In this document: piece by piece, positions 10,918 through 22,858 of the stretch
Numbering within the stretch: the stretch's first letter is position 1
Layout of the letters: the number at the start of each line of letters is the position of its first letter
Source of the DNA: Selaginella moellendorffii
Lineage: Eukaryota > Plantae > Lycopodiophyta
Reading direction: 5' to 3'
Length of the DNA stretch: 64,000 nt
Assembly: GCF_000143415.4 (NCBI RefSeq)
Contig: NW_003314269.1
Coordinates: forward strand, 458,401 to 522,400
Position numbers and translations under genes: made by a program
Notes under the pieces: generated by a model
What the model was told of the DNA's origin: nothing
What the model saw: the letters and a program-made list of their open reading frames with translations, nothing else
Database searches by the model: none

Positions 10918-12411
10918 ATGCCGCCAATTCCGGATCTTCTAGATCAGCGCGAGTGTTTGCAGCTCATCCAATCCGCGAGAAGCCTCCACTCCATCAAGCA
11001 AATCCACGCTAGCATCCGCCATCTGCTCCCGGCGAACGTGAAGATCGCCAACATGCTCCTCCAGCGCTACGCCAAATGTGGCAGCATCGAGCTCGCGCGC
11101 GCCGTCTTCGACGAGATCGCGCCCAAGAACTGCTTCTCCTGGGCGATCATGCTGTCCGCGTACGCGCAGGCGGGCGATCTGGAGCACGCCAAGCGGATCT
11201 TCGACGCGATGCCCGAGCAGGATCTAGTCATCGCCACGACGATGCTGGATCTGTACGCGCGCACCGGCAATCTCGCGCAGGCAAAGGCGCTGTTCGATCG
11301 AGGAATGCCGTGGCGGGATCTCGTGTCCTGGAACGCTGTTCTTGCGGCCTACTCGCAGCGCGGCCTCTTGACCGAGGCGAAAGCCCTCTTCGATCGCACG
11401 CCCGAGAGAGACCTCATCACCTGGACTGCGATGTTATCGGCCTACACACAAAACAGCAATCTCGGCAATGCGAAGCTCGTCTTCGATGAGATGCGCGAGA
11501 GGGACGCGATCGCGTGGAACGCGATGCTCCACGCGTATGCCCAGGCCGGGCATCTCGAGCACGCCAAGCACATCTTCGATTCCATGCCCGAGCGATCGGT
11601 AGCGTCGTGGAACTCGATGATCACTGCGTTCGCGCAGAACGATCACCTCGCAGAGGCCAAGGCGGTGTTTGATGCGATGGAGCAAAGGGATACCATCTCC
11701 TGGACTTCGATGCTCACGGCATTTGCCCAAAGCGGGCATTTGCGCGACGCGAAAGAGATGTTTGACAAGATCAAGGATCCCGATCTCGTCGCCTGGAACG
11801 CGATGCTCAGCGCGTACGCGCAGAATGGCTGCCTCGACCGCGCGCTAGAGATGTTTCACACGATCGAGAGAGGGGATTCCATCGCCTGGAACGCGATGCT
11901 CTCGGCGTATGCGCAGAACGGGCGACTCTACGAGGCGCTCGCGCTCTTCTGCTCGCTGCCGGAGAGGAACGTCTCGTCCTGGAACGCGATTCTCACGGGC
12001 TACGCTTCCAACGGGCTCTGGCGCGAGGCCATCGATCTCTTCCAGGCGATGAAGGCGGTGGAGATGCCCAACGAGATATCGTTTGTGTGCGTGATCATCG
12101 CCGCGAGCCGTCTGGGCGACGTGGATTGCGGCTTGGGCGCTTTCGTTTCGATGCGGCTGGACTACTGCGCGAAGGCGACCAAGCAGCACTACTGCTGCGT
12201 GGTGGACTTGCTGGGACGAGCCGGATACGTGAGGGAGGCCGAGGAGCTGTTGCAAACCATGCCTTTCGTGCCGGAGCCTCTCGACTGGACGTGCCTGCTC
12301 GCGTCTTGCTCCACGCACCGCGATGGCGAGCGCGGGTCCAGAGCCTCCAACCGGATTGTCGACTTGAATCCGAGGAAAGGTGCCGCCTATGTCTTGCTCG
12401 CAAGCATCTAA
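10918..12411 (+). CDS. PLS-class PPR protein (SS-rich), E-type, no DYW domain
   Basis: Intronless PPR repeats ending HYCCVVDLLGRAG...WTCLLASC...AAYVLLASI*; first ATG at 10918. Confidence 0.93.
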   Translation: MPPIPDLLDQRECLQLIQSARSLHSIKQIHASIRHLLPANVKIANMLLQRYAKCGSIELARAVFDEIAPKNCFSWAIMLSAYAQAGDLEHAKRIFDAMPEQDLVIATTMLDLYARTGNLAQAKALFDRGMPWRDLVSWNAVLAAYSQRGLLTEAKALFDRTPERDLITWTAMLSAYTQNSNLGNAKLVFDEMRERDAIAWNAMLHAYAQAGHLEHAKHIFDSMPERSVASWNSMITAFAQNDHLAEAKAVFDAMEQRDTISWTSMLTAFAQSGHLRDAKEMFDKIKDPDLVAWNAMLSAYAQNGCLDRALEMFHTIERGDSIAWNAMLSAYAQNGRLYEALALFCSLPERNVSSWNAILTGYASNGLWREAIDLFQAMKAVEMPNEISFVCVIIAASRLGDVDCGLGAFVSMRLDYCAKATKQHYCCVVDLLGRAGYVREAEELLQTMPFVPEPLDWTCLLASCSTHRDGERGSRASNRIVDLNPRKGAAYVLLASI

Positions 12412-13072
12412 GAGTGGTAAGTTCTTCCGCTTTCTCATCTCCCTTCTTTCTTCGTCATTCATTTCGCTTTGGTTTTCATTTCCTTTTGTTCTTCGCCATT
12501 GGCCTTTCGTTCTTTCGCTTTGTTTTACGTTTGATTTGGTATGTTCTTTCTCTTTGTTTTTACCTTCCGTTTCTAATTCTCCTTCTTTTTTTTGGATTCT
12601 GTAGTGGGAGACAGTGGCAGCGACAATTCTGTTTTTTATCCATGACTGAGTTATCCTCTTCTACACAATCTTAAGTTCTTCCCGTTTTTTCACGTCTCGC
12701 GGTAAGGCCTCTGTTCTTTCTTGTTTCTGGTGGAAACTGTTTCGTTTTTGTTTCTGCATTCCTGTTTCGAGTCGGACATGCTAGTTCACTTTGTTTTCCT
12801 CAGATATTGACAGTGATTTTTTTTTCTTTCCAGGGACGCGGCTAAGGAGCTAACGCGTCCACGCTCTTCTTCTTAAGTTTTGTGGGGGCCAACCAGCGTA
12901 AGGTCTGTCATCAAGAGTGGACTGGCCGAGAAGCCATTAACTTTGTTTTCTTTTTCTTCCTTTTTTAGTGCCGCCATTGCACCAATCGGTGATCGTGTTT
13001 CCATGCTACACGCTCTACTTGCTCCAAAGCCCGACTATAAACTACACATGCTTCATTGAATCCAATGCTGCT

Positions 13073-13105
13073 GCTGTGATGCTGTGATGCTGTGATGCTG
13101 TGATG
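13073..13105. repeat. (GCTGTGAT)x4 short tandem repeat
   Basis: Read directly from the sequence. Confidence 0.9.
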
Positions 13106-16100
13106 TGCCGAGAGGCTATCGATTTATAAGCCAGGTACCCAGCTTGACTCGTTTTCTATGCCAGATATCTAACTTCTAGCGACTCAAGGACACAGTCCAG
13201 TGGGAGGAGCTCGATACCAGAAGGAAAACTTCTTCTGGCTTTAGAAAATACGAGGAGCAGGACAATGTGTGTGAAGTAAAGGTGACACTTGACCATCCTG
13301 TCGGAGCTCAGTTTTCCAGGGAGCACTGCTTGCCTTGCTTGCGTGCGCTTTGCTTGCTTGCTTGCTTTGCATCCATTGATTCCTTGTGCTTTTCTACTTG
13401 AAATATTCATCGCTTCTAACTGGCCATCCCGAGGATATATGTGTGGAACAGGGAAAGCTCAAGGGAAATCGCGAAAGGAAGAATCGGAAGGCCTCGAGAG
13501 CGGAGCCTGGCATGAATGGTGGTGGCTGGAACAGAGGGGATTTGGATGAGAGATGCCTTGGTACCATTAAAGAAAAGGGGGAGAAATGCTAAGCCGGAGG
13601 AGAAGTATCAAACCAAACAAACAAGGAACAGGCTCCAAGCACGTCGAGGTTAGTGGGAGGCAAGCTGATTAATTCTGCTACTCATGCATGCGGCCGCTGT
13701 CTGCCAGGACTCGGACCAAAGCGTCGCGGATTTTAATCGACAAAAAAAAAGAGTAAAGGAGCAGTCTTGATGCCCAAGTTCGTCCCCTGCGTGGTCTATC
13801 TTTGTCGGACGAAGCCACTTGCAGGAACTCCATGGAGGTAAGAATCAGCTGAGAGAAAAGAGAGAGAGAGAGAGGAAAAAAAAACCGAAAAAAACAGGAA
13901 AAAAAGAGAGGGAAAAAAAAAAGATGGAGATATAAGTATCCTTGAGAAGTGTGCGCGAACTTTTCTAGAGGAGGAGCACCACTGAGGCAGTGGGGGCCAA
14001 ACTCTACAGTTGTGGAAGATCACTTTCATCGCCATTTTAGTACTTTGGAGGAGATTCTCTCGCTCGGAGTGGCAAACAACAGTGTTCTTGCCGCTGGTTA
14101 CTGATTCTCTGGTCTCTCGTAAGTAATCCGGTCTCTCGTAAGTAATCCACTTGCTTTTTTTCTTTTTCCTTGGGACAATTCACTGATTTAAGTGGCACTT
14201 GCAGTTTGGTTCGTTTGTTGCTCGTCCCTTTCAATCGGATTTTTAAGCAGGCCGCCGAGCGAATGAAAGCGAGCTTTACGGGTCACTCTCGATTCATTTC
14301 TCACTGATCACGAGTGGGAGAAGAGTTAGGCTGGGATCCCCCATTCCTGGTTTCTGGTAAGCAATCTCTCCATAGTTTTCTCTTTTCCTTTCTTTCCTTT
14401 CTTCCTCTAACCTCTCTGTTCCAGGCTTGGCTTGGTTGTTTCCATTCGCTCCTTGTTTGATTCGAGCCAGCGACAAGTAAGATCGATCTTTCTTTTTAGT
14501 TTCTTTCTTGTGAACACAAGAAGAACAAGGCTGGCGATTTTTCTAAGCAAATCCTTTTTGGACCACCACCAATCTGCACGACGTTTAAAATAATTCGCGC
14601 TGTCTGTGCGCGTGGAACACGAACACTCGCGAATGGCGGCATGTATACGCCTCCTTTAAAAGGTGCTTAATCCGGTTTAGGCATTTTGTTAATGGGATCT
14701 CCACCTGTTTGTTTCTAGTGACATCAGGGTGATGCGTTAATTTTTGCTGATCTGCCAACTTTGATGTGGTAATTTTTCACCCCATCACACTATGCAAGAA
14801 AATCTCCTTACCTTACCATTGTTCGTTCCATAAATCCAAAGATTTCAGCTCATGTCTATAGTGTCTTGTCAATCTAAGGAAATCACTTCTTGTTTACTAC
14901 GTTTCTAACATTTATTTATTTCACCATTGAAGGTATGAACTTCACCACGAGGTGAAATAAAAAATGCCGCTTACACAGCAGTAAAAGCCAGAGTAAACAA
15001 AGGCCCAGAAGGGTTGACTCTTCTGGAGAAGTTTGAACAAGCCCACCATTCATAGGAATTCATTCTCGGGCCACCATTCAAATCGCAAATTCAAGACGGT
15101 CTGGCCTGTCACTGGGACACTGTAGTGAAACCACGATCCCTTCATATGCATATAAAAGCTTTGACCAGCTGCAATTCTCCACCCCCATTTTAATTTTTTT
15201 CAAGGCTTCCATGTAAAACCCCTTTGACCTGGCTTGCAAGTGGCCATTGGGGCATTTTGCCAAGGCACACATCTTTTTGGCTCCTTGCATGTTATAAAAG
15301 TGGGCAGGGACAAAAAGCAAGGGGAAACTTTGAAAGGAAAAAAGCCTCCAGAAAAGCAAGAGGAAGTGGGGTATTTGCTGTTGTCACTCACTCACACTTT
15401 GGGGCTTTCTCTTCTCCTCTAAAGAAAGAGGGAGTGGTGCATTTGGAGCAACTTCTTTTGGATCAAACAGCCGGCTAGCAAAGTATCATTCAAGTTCTAC
15501 CCAGTCCCCACAGAGAGAGGGTGAATTTGTTGCAGATTGATAGCCTCCTGCAATAATTTACAACAACAACAATACTGTGCATGCATGCTGCAATGCAATT
15601 GCCCAGTTGCAAATTGTTACATGCATGTCCACATCTACTTTTATTAGTTCCTCACCAAACTTTGCTCGCCACCTTTTCCTCTTTTTTCCTTTAATTTTCT
15701 TATGTAACTAGCTAGTTACCAGAAACCTGCCTGATGCTGGCTCTAGTTTGCGTGATGCTGTGCTTAGCTCAGCACGTATCAACTCCAAGTTACTTTGCTG
15801 GCAAAATGCCAGGCTTTGGTAAATGCTCCCCGTCACACCACCCGTCACGCTTTCGAGAGTTAACAATCAGGCAAAAGCGGATCAGCCAGCTGACTGATCT
15901 CTGCTGATGGTGTCCGAAACTCGCTGCTGGCGAAATGGTGGTGGGGAATATCCCCCTGGGTCAGGGAAATTCGGGTTGGTCTCGCAGAATGCTGTACAAC
16001 TTGCAAACCGGTGACGTATGGTGTATCCTGTTTATCTCTCACGTGTATGGTGTTCTTGGAAAGTATACGTAGATGAGTATTTGATTGAAGACTGATCTCC

Positions 16101-18100
16101 TTCCTCTGATGATGATGGTGTGTGTGATAGATGACAGGCGATTGATTTGGGAGTCATCGACTCGCTCGGTGGCGAAGGCGAAGATGATCTCATTGCCGTG
16201 TTACACTGTTCCATGCCTGATGACCTCATCGCCCAAAAGCGGTGTTGGTTCTGTGATCTCGGGGAGAGATTCTTTAAAGGTTCAGAAAAGGTGGCGGGGC
16301 TAGAACATTAGGTTTCTTTTCCTGATCATGTGTGCTCACGGGATTGAGATCCGTACTGGGGAATACTGCCGTGTTGGGCTCTTACACAATTCTATACAAA
16401 AAAAAAATGAAGTTAAAAAACGGAAAACAAAAGGAAAAACAAACGGAAAAAAAAACAAGCAAGAAGTTTGACCCGCTCACGTTCAAAGTCTAGAAGGACA
16501 TGAGATGAGAGCAACAAACAGACGTGGGGCACAAGTCTTGGCCGCGATGACCTCCCCGTAATCAGTCCCGCGGAGGCGTTTTTTGTGTAGGTGGGGCTGA
16601 GTTGGGTTGTTGCATCTCCATCCCCTTGCCTCCCTACTCGCCCATCTTTCACGGATGGACAGGAGATCCAAAAGCCCCTTCCGTACATACTGTGACAACT
16701 TTGGCGGTGGATGCCGTGTTTTCATGGCAAACGCACACACACGAGCTCGCAAGTTGACAAGCAAACAGTATTTTTCTCTCTTTTTTTTTTTTTTCCTCTT
16801 TGCTGGATCGGTAGATATCTTGGGTGGGAACCCTTGCTCCAATCTAGAACCTCTAAGAGAAAGCATCTCTTGCTAGATTCCGTTACTCCAGGACCACCAC
16901 CCCGCTCTTTGTTATAAAGTGCGGGGTGTTTTAACGAAAGAAACTTCTCATTCCTGTGCGACTCTTTCTCGCCTTCTTCGGAGAAGCTCAGGGGAAGAGG
17001 TCCCAAAAGCGAGAGCTCTTCCAATGAAGAACCCCACAAAGGAGAGAGATATGGGCTCCACTCTAAGCTCTAAAGAATCACTCGCAATATGGCTGTACAA
17101 TACAAACAAACACTCGAAAAGAAAGGATTGAAAGCTACATATGAGAGAGAAAGAGAGAGACACTAGACTACCGCCCTCTCGTGGATTCCCTTGCGAAATC
17201 CAAATCTAAGCCACACAAAAATCTATAGCAAGCAAAGGGAAGTTCATTCCAAAGTTGTCTCGCGAGATCACACTTGTTTCATGAGCTTCCCCGCCCAGCT
17301 CCATCTTGTTGATGGTCACCGTCCACAATCATCACTCCAATCTTGTCACACGGCAAAAGGTTCCCATTATAAACCGTCTCCAAAAAACCATGAACTTCCG
17401 TACAATGCCGTATGACACGGCCCCTTCATATAAGTAACCCACCCCCATACGAAACCCACGCGGTGTTTACTTTTCTTCCGTGAATCTCTTCCATCGCCTC
17501 CATCGCCTCTTCTTCTTCATCATCCTCTCCTCATTCGACTCTCTCTCTCACATTTTTTTTTTACTTTTTTTCTTTTGCTTCCATGGTCTTGTAGACCGTG
17601 GTTTTTGGAATCGATCAGGAAGTTTGTTTGGCCACAGGTCTCCATCCCGGAGCGTATAAAACTCAAGTTGGAGATCCATACAGCACTGTCCAAATCCTGA
17701 ATGGGATTTCTGGTGACACGTACAGACGATCCTACTCGTCGTCGCTCCTTTGCTGCGGCTGCTGCTTCTTCTGTTTCATTCGAATTGCAATCGCGGGGAT
17801 TCGTCTCACAGGCTATAAAGGAGTTTGCTTCCTCCTCTTCTTTGAATTTTCTTTAGCTTCTTCTCTCTCTTTTTTCTTCTTCTTCTCGTGGAGGGGGCTG
17901 TGATTGTGAAGCGAGCGGGGAAGCAATTGGCCATTTAATGGGCATTCGAAAGACCCGGGCAAGGCATCACAGCTCTGGGACAGAGACACAGGAAAGAGAA
18001 GAGAGAGAGCGAGCGAGTTAGAAAAGAGCTTAAATGGAGAAATATCATCATAGCTGGGATGGAGCTTCTTCTTGATTATTAGCTCGTCAAAAAAAGAAAG

Positions 18101-18153
18101 GAGAGAGAGAGAGAGAGGGAGGAGAGAGAGGACTCAAGCAAGCAAGGAAGAAG

Positions 18154-18183
<30 letters not shown>
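18101..18183. repeat. (GA)n and (GAA)n microsatellites in the WRKY 5' region
   Basis: Read directly from the sequence. Confidence 0.9.
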
Positions 18184-18185
<2 letters not shown>

Positions 18186-18378
18186 GCAGATCTTTTCTTC
18201 AAATTCGGATATCTCTCGTGATCTAGAGTCGAAATTCTGGATTTTTCTGGGAAGGGGGAGCTGTGGCAGCTTCTCCAGACAGATGTTTCAGGAGTGCCAT
18301 GAGAAGAAGAGGAGCATACAACGGTGTGAAAATGTGGAGCAAGCTGGAACATCTTCCAAGTGACAAGAGAAAAGTCTT

Positions 18379-20461
18379 ATGGAGAGGAGGCTGATCAAGA
18401 GTGCCAAGGAGGAGGAGCAGCAGCAGCAAGAGGAGCTCGAGAGAATTCTCCAAACCCTAGGCGGAGCTACAGAAGCTTCTTCATCTCCATCGCGGTCTAC
18501 AGCAACAGCGCTGATAACTTCTTCTTTCTCTTCCAGTTCTTCCAGTTCTTCCAGTTCTCCCAGCTCTTCGTCGTCCTTGATCGCTAGCGGGATAGCTGCA
18601 TCGGCCGCGCAGTCAGCAGCGCTGATGGACTCCACGGTTGCAGCAGCGGCTCCCTGGAGCTTCCACTTGGATCCCGCGATGGCGGCCATGGTGGACTCGG
18701 CGCAGCTTCTCTACAGTGGCGGCATCTCGGGCATCATGGCCGGCAGCTCCACTGTTCCAGGCAGTAGCAGTAGTGGCGCTGCTGCCGCTGGGAGGCTCTA
18801 CACCGACTGGAATTTGGCCGACTTTGACAACGCTGCTACTGCTGCTGCTCCTCGATCCGGAGTGGAAGCGTCGTGGTGGCAGCAAACTTTCCTCTCGCAG
18901 CAGCAGCAGCAGCAACAACAGCAGCACCACCACCATCGCCACCAAGAACACTTGGAACAAAGCTACAATCCCGCGGGATTTTTCTTGGACGACCCAGATG
19001 ACGATCAAGTAGCGGCGCCGTCGAATCAACAGCAGCTGGATCTGGCGAGCGCTGGTCATGCTGCTGCTGCTGCTAGCGCTGGTGTTGCTGCTGCTGCTGC
19101 TAGTGGATCGATAGCGTCTGGAGGGTCAGGAGGAGGAGATCAGGCGATTGGAACTCCCACGTCCTTCACGTCCTCGTCGGGAGCCAGCGATGGCGACGAG
19201 GAGCACAAGGGAAATGTGGCATCGTCCGGAGGATCGCTCAAGCGCAAGGCCGGGTCTTCCGAGGACGCGGAGAAATCGTCGTCGCTGGAGCCGCAGCCGC
19301 AACAACAGGAAGGAAAGAAACCGTAAGAACTCTCGGCAAACTTTTCACCATTTCTTCTCTTCCACTGGGCTTTTGGTTTGTTCTTGCGGTTTCGTTGATT
19401 TCTTCCGTGCTTTCGTGCTTTCATGCTTCTTGGGCTTGCGAGGATTTGCATCGTTGTAACTGGGCTGCCATGAATTTCAGTGTTGGCGGACGCCATAGCC
19501 ATCCATCTCTTACGTATGCCCGCCTCGGGCATACGTGAGTCTACACTGGCATTTTTCAGGGAAGATTTTCGTGCTTCCAAAGGCAATGATGAAAACATGG
19601 AGTTGTTTTTGTCCTGGGCATTTGTGCATTTGGATTTCATCCCTGACTGGAACTCTCATCTCACAGATCTCTCACCAAATTTTCCTGTCAATCGTTTGCT
19701 TCCAGAGCCAAGCCTCCAAAGAAAGGTCCCAAGCGAAACCGCGAGCCTCGCTACGCTCTCCAGACGCGCAGCGACGTGGATATCATGGACGATGGATTTC
19801 GGTGGCGAAAATACGGGCAAAAGGCCGTCAAGAACAGCCCCCATCCAAGGTACGTGAGCAAAAAACTGGATTTTTCTTCCGATCGATCACCAAGTTTTCT
19901 TTCTTCTCTCGCAGGAGCTACTACCGCTGCACCAACAGCAAGTGTCCAGTGAAGAAGCGAGTGGAGCGTTCCTGCGAGGACCCCGGAATTGTTATCACCA
20001 CTTACGAAGGTACTCACACTCACCACAGTCCGGCGACGCTGAGGAGTTTGACGGAAGTTGGAGGCGGCGGAGGCGGAGGAGGTGCTGGAGCTGTGAATCC
20101 TTTCGGCAGCCAGCGCCCCGGATCGTTCACGCAGGCGCTGTACCAGACTATGCCTCACTTGCAAATGCAGCAGCAGCAGCAGCAGCAGCAATCGCTTCTC
20201 TCTGGCCTCGGAGCTAGAGGTGCCAGCTTCAATTTTCCATCGGCTCGAGCGCAAAGCCAGCAGCAGCAGCAGCAGCAGCAGCAATTCCTCCAGCAGCAAA
20301 GCCAGCTTCTCCAGCAGCAGCGGCAGCACCAGCGAAGCCAGCAGGATCAGCAACAGTTTCTACAGCAGCACCAACAGCAAAGCCGGCAAGTAGGCCAAAG
20401 CCAGACTTTCACGGACGAAGGCCTGCTAGAAGATATGGTTCCTCCTGGTATGCGGAAATGA
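18379..20461 (+). CDS. WRKY transcription factor, group IIc; exons ~18379-19322, 19706-19849, 19915-20461
   Basis: Spliced frame gives [37 protein letters not shown]|[36 protein letters not shown] (C-x4-C-x23-H-x-H). C-terminal [10 protein letters not shown]; poly-Q/S/A tracts. Confidence 0.93.
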
Positions 20462-21699
20462 AAATTGGAAACTTACCTCGATAGCAGGACCATCTCGAAG
20501 CAGCCAGGAGGTCGGTGTTTAAGTCTGGCCAAGCGAAGAAAGGTCCAGTTTTGCGCGTTCTACTGCAGCACCGAAAGGAGAAAAAGAAACGTACACATGA
20601 ATTAGCAAATAACTTCCACGGCCCAGCGCATTTTGAGACAAGGTACCTGGTTCTGGGCCGCTACTAACACCTTCAGATGGAGCTCTTGTCACAAGGCACC
20701 ATTTTTTTTTTGCTCGACGATCCAAGAGGCTTAAACATTTCCTCTCGCGCAGGCCTTTTCCGTTCCGATATAATTTGTTATATCAAGCCGCGGGGGGGAA
20801 GAGATGCTGCTTCGTAGTGTTACATTCATTCCATCTGTGTAGCTCGCAATAAAACTTTTGGTCACTTTCACCATATCTGAGCGTTGCAGCGGGGGGAGCA
20901 CAGAGCCGCAGTAGCGAAATCCCACCAGATGGATCATCCCATCTCGGGCAGCAGCAGCAGCAGGAGCAGCACTGAAATACCATAAAGCATGTCAATAGCA
21001 GAGCTCGGCGATGGCATTAATGCAACAACGTACCAGTTTGGACGAGGACTGATCGCGTCAAAAAGCCTGCAAAAACCACATATCTGGAACTCCAGAACCA
21101 AATGATCACTGGAAATGTGTGCATAGCTAGCTACCTGGGGGAGTACATTCTTGTGTAAGTGCGCTTACACACACCGACACAAAGCCTTCGCGTACGAACC
21201 AGCTTCAAACGCTTCAACCGTCGAGATCACCGGATCAAACCAGGACCACGCGGCTGGCCGCTGGAGCGATCATATAATAATACCCGGGTGGCTCGAATCG
21301 CGAGAGAGCGAGCGGAGACTCAGCAGTAGCAGTCGGATTGAAAAGTAGAGAAATCCATTAAAAAGGAAAGAGCGAGAGAGGGGAAGAGCCAATGTAGTAA
21401 ACCTCGCAGCGGATGTGTGTCGTGCTGGTGTGGCCACGCTCCATCTTCAGTGAGGGCTGACATAGTTCGCGAATCGATCTGGTCAAAAACGAGAACGATT
21501 CACCCGGTCAGATGGCACGAACAGGAAAATTCTTTCTTTTCTAGCAAGCAACACCTACCAGTCTACTGGTTGACAAGCCTTCGTCAAGAACGCAAGAAGC
21601 GACACTTAAGGTGGGCTAACATAGCTGACAATGCGTCCTGCTTTTGTTTACACCTCCAAGTTAGCCCCAGAAATCCAGCCAAACCAGATCTTACGCTCG

Positions 21700-22858
21700 T
21701 CAGTATGGCTGCCGGTGCTTCCTGTGGAAACGATGATACTGCTTCCGTTTCCTCTCGATCCCGCTTAGCTCCCGCTTCTCAATTTCCACCACCTTGATCG
21801 GGCTCAGCTTGAACGTCCCGTTTCTAAGCTTGGCTTGAGTGTTGTGGAACCAGTCCATATTCACGTTGTCCAGAGGAACTTTCGATGGATCGCCACCTGG
21901 ACCCGCCTTGACTCTCCTGTACGCCTCCAGTAGAACGTCTATGTCCGACACCACCTCCATCAAGCTCCGGTACCTCCCATCCGGATCCGGTGCTAGCATG
22001 GACAGCTTCTGATGAACTTTCTTGCAGTGCTCGTCCTGGACTAACGATCTAGAGTCGTACTCCTTCTTCATCGCTCTGAGATAAGCGCCGGCTTCCTTAC
22101 GAACCCGCCCAGCTTCCCCCTGCTGCTGCCTAAACTTCTCCTCGGCCTTCTTCACTGCGTCCTCCGGAACATTGGGAAGAACACGCGCGAGTTCTTCCAT
22201 CAATCTATCCGAGACCGAAGGCTGCTCCACCTCTTTACTTTCTTCCGTATCCTTCTCGCTCAGTTCACTGCTAGGTGTTTCATCCATCCCCTCGTTCTCG
22301 CCCCAGAGATCGTTGTCGTTGAGAAACGTATCACCCTCCTCAAACTCCGACCCCTGGTCTGAGTCGCCACCACCACCACCCTCTCCTTCGTCGTGGCTCC
22401 ACATCGACTCACTCTCACTATAGCTCCCTTCTCCATCGCTCATATCGGACAATTGCTCGCGCTCGTCGAAGAAGGACTTCTCATTCTTGTCACTAGAGCT
22501 AGACTCGGTGGAGCAGGACCTCCGAGCACCTGGAATGAGTAAGAACGGCTCTCAAACAACCGACTGGCAGGCAAGCATTCAAGCGGCGGAACGAGCGGAG
22601 AGAGCCTGACCTTCGAAACGTAGAAATCCGCCGCTCGAGAGCCCGGAAACCAGCCGCGATGACGCCAGAGTGCTGTGAAACGGCCGCATTGACTCCAGCG
22701 CCGCGATTTCACGAGGAATCCTATGTGTGTCGAAGTACGTGAGCAGGCAACGGCGCCGGGAGATCATACCTGAGGCATCGCGGCCGCTGGAAGGCCGATT
22801 GCCGCGGCGGCGCGCGCATTGTCGCGATCAGGCGCCTCGCTATTCCCCTGCTCGCCAT
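21700..22858 (-). CDS. Putative mitochondrion-targeted ~342-aa protein carrying only the RT0-RT1 N-terminal part of a group II intron maturase; exons 22858-22770, 22720-22611, 22529-21700
   Basis: Two GT-AG introns join in frame an Arg/Ser/Ala-rich presequence (MASRGIARRLIATMR...RPFHST...RRSCST), an acidic tract, and DGRYRSLMEVVSDIDVLLEAYRRVKAGPG...LDNVNMDWFHNTQAKLRNGTFKLSPIKVVEIEK. The latter resembles mitochondrial-lineage maturase N-termini. Confidence 0.72.

Noticed and set aside
15860-16300. Coding-like minus-strand remnant with a 9-bp direct repeat (GTATGGTGT, two copies within ~16016-16053)
   Set aside because: No recognisable family; too short and broken to call a pseudogene or TE footprint.
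12412-18300. Conserved miRNA or C/D snoRNA in the long gene-free stretch
   Set aside because: I found no mature sequence of the conserved miRNA families I know, no long hairpin and no paired C/D boxes by eye. Only an Rfam or small-RNA search could exclude them.
21700-22452. Intact mobile group II intron, retron or recent NUMT
   Set aside because: No RT2-7/YADD, no domain V-like hairpin seen; the gene has spliceosomal introns and a presequence.
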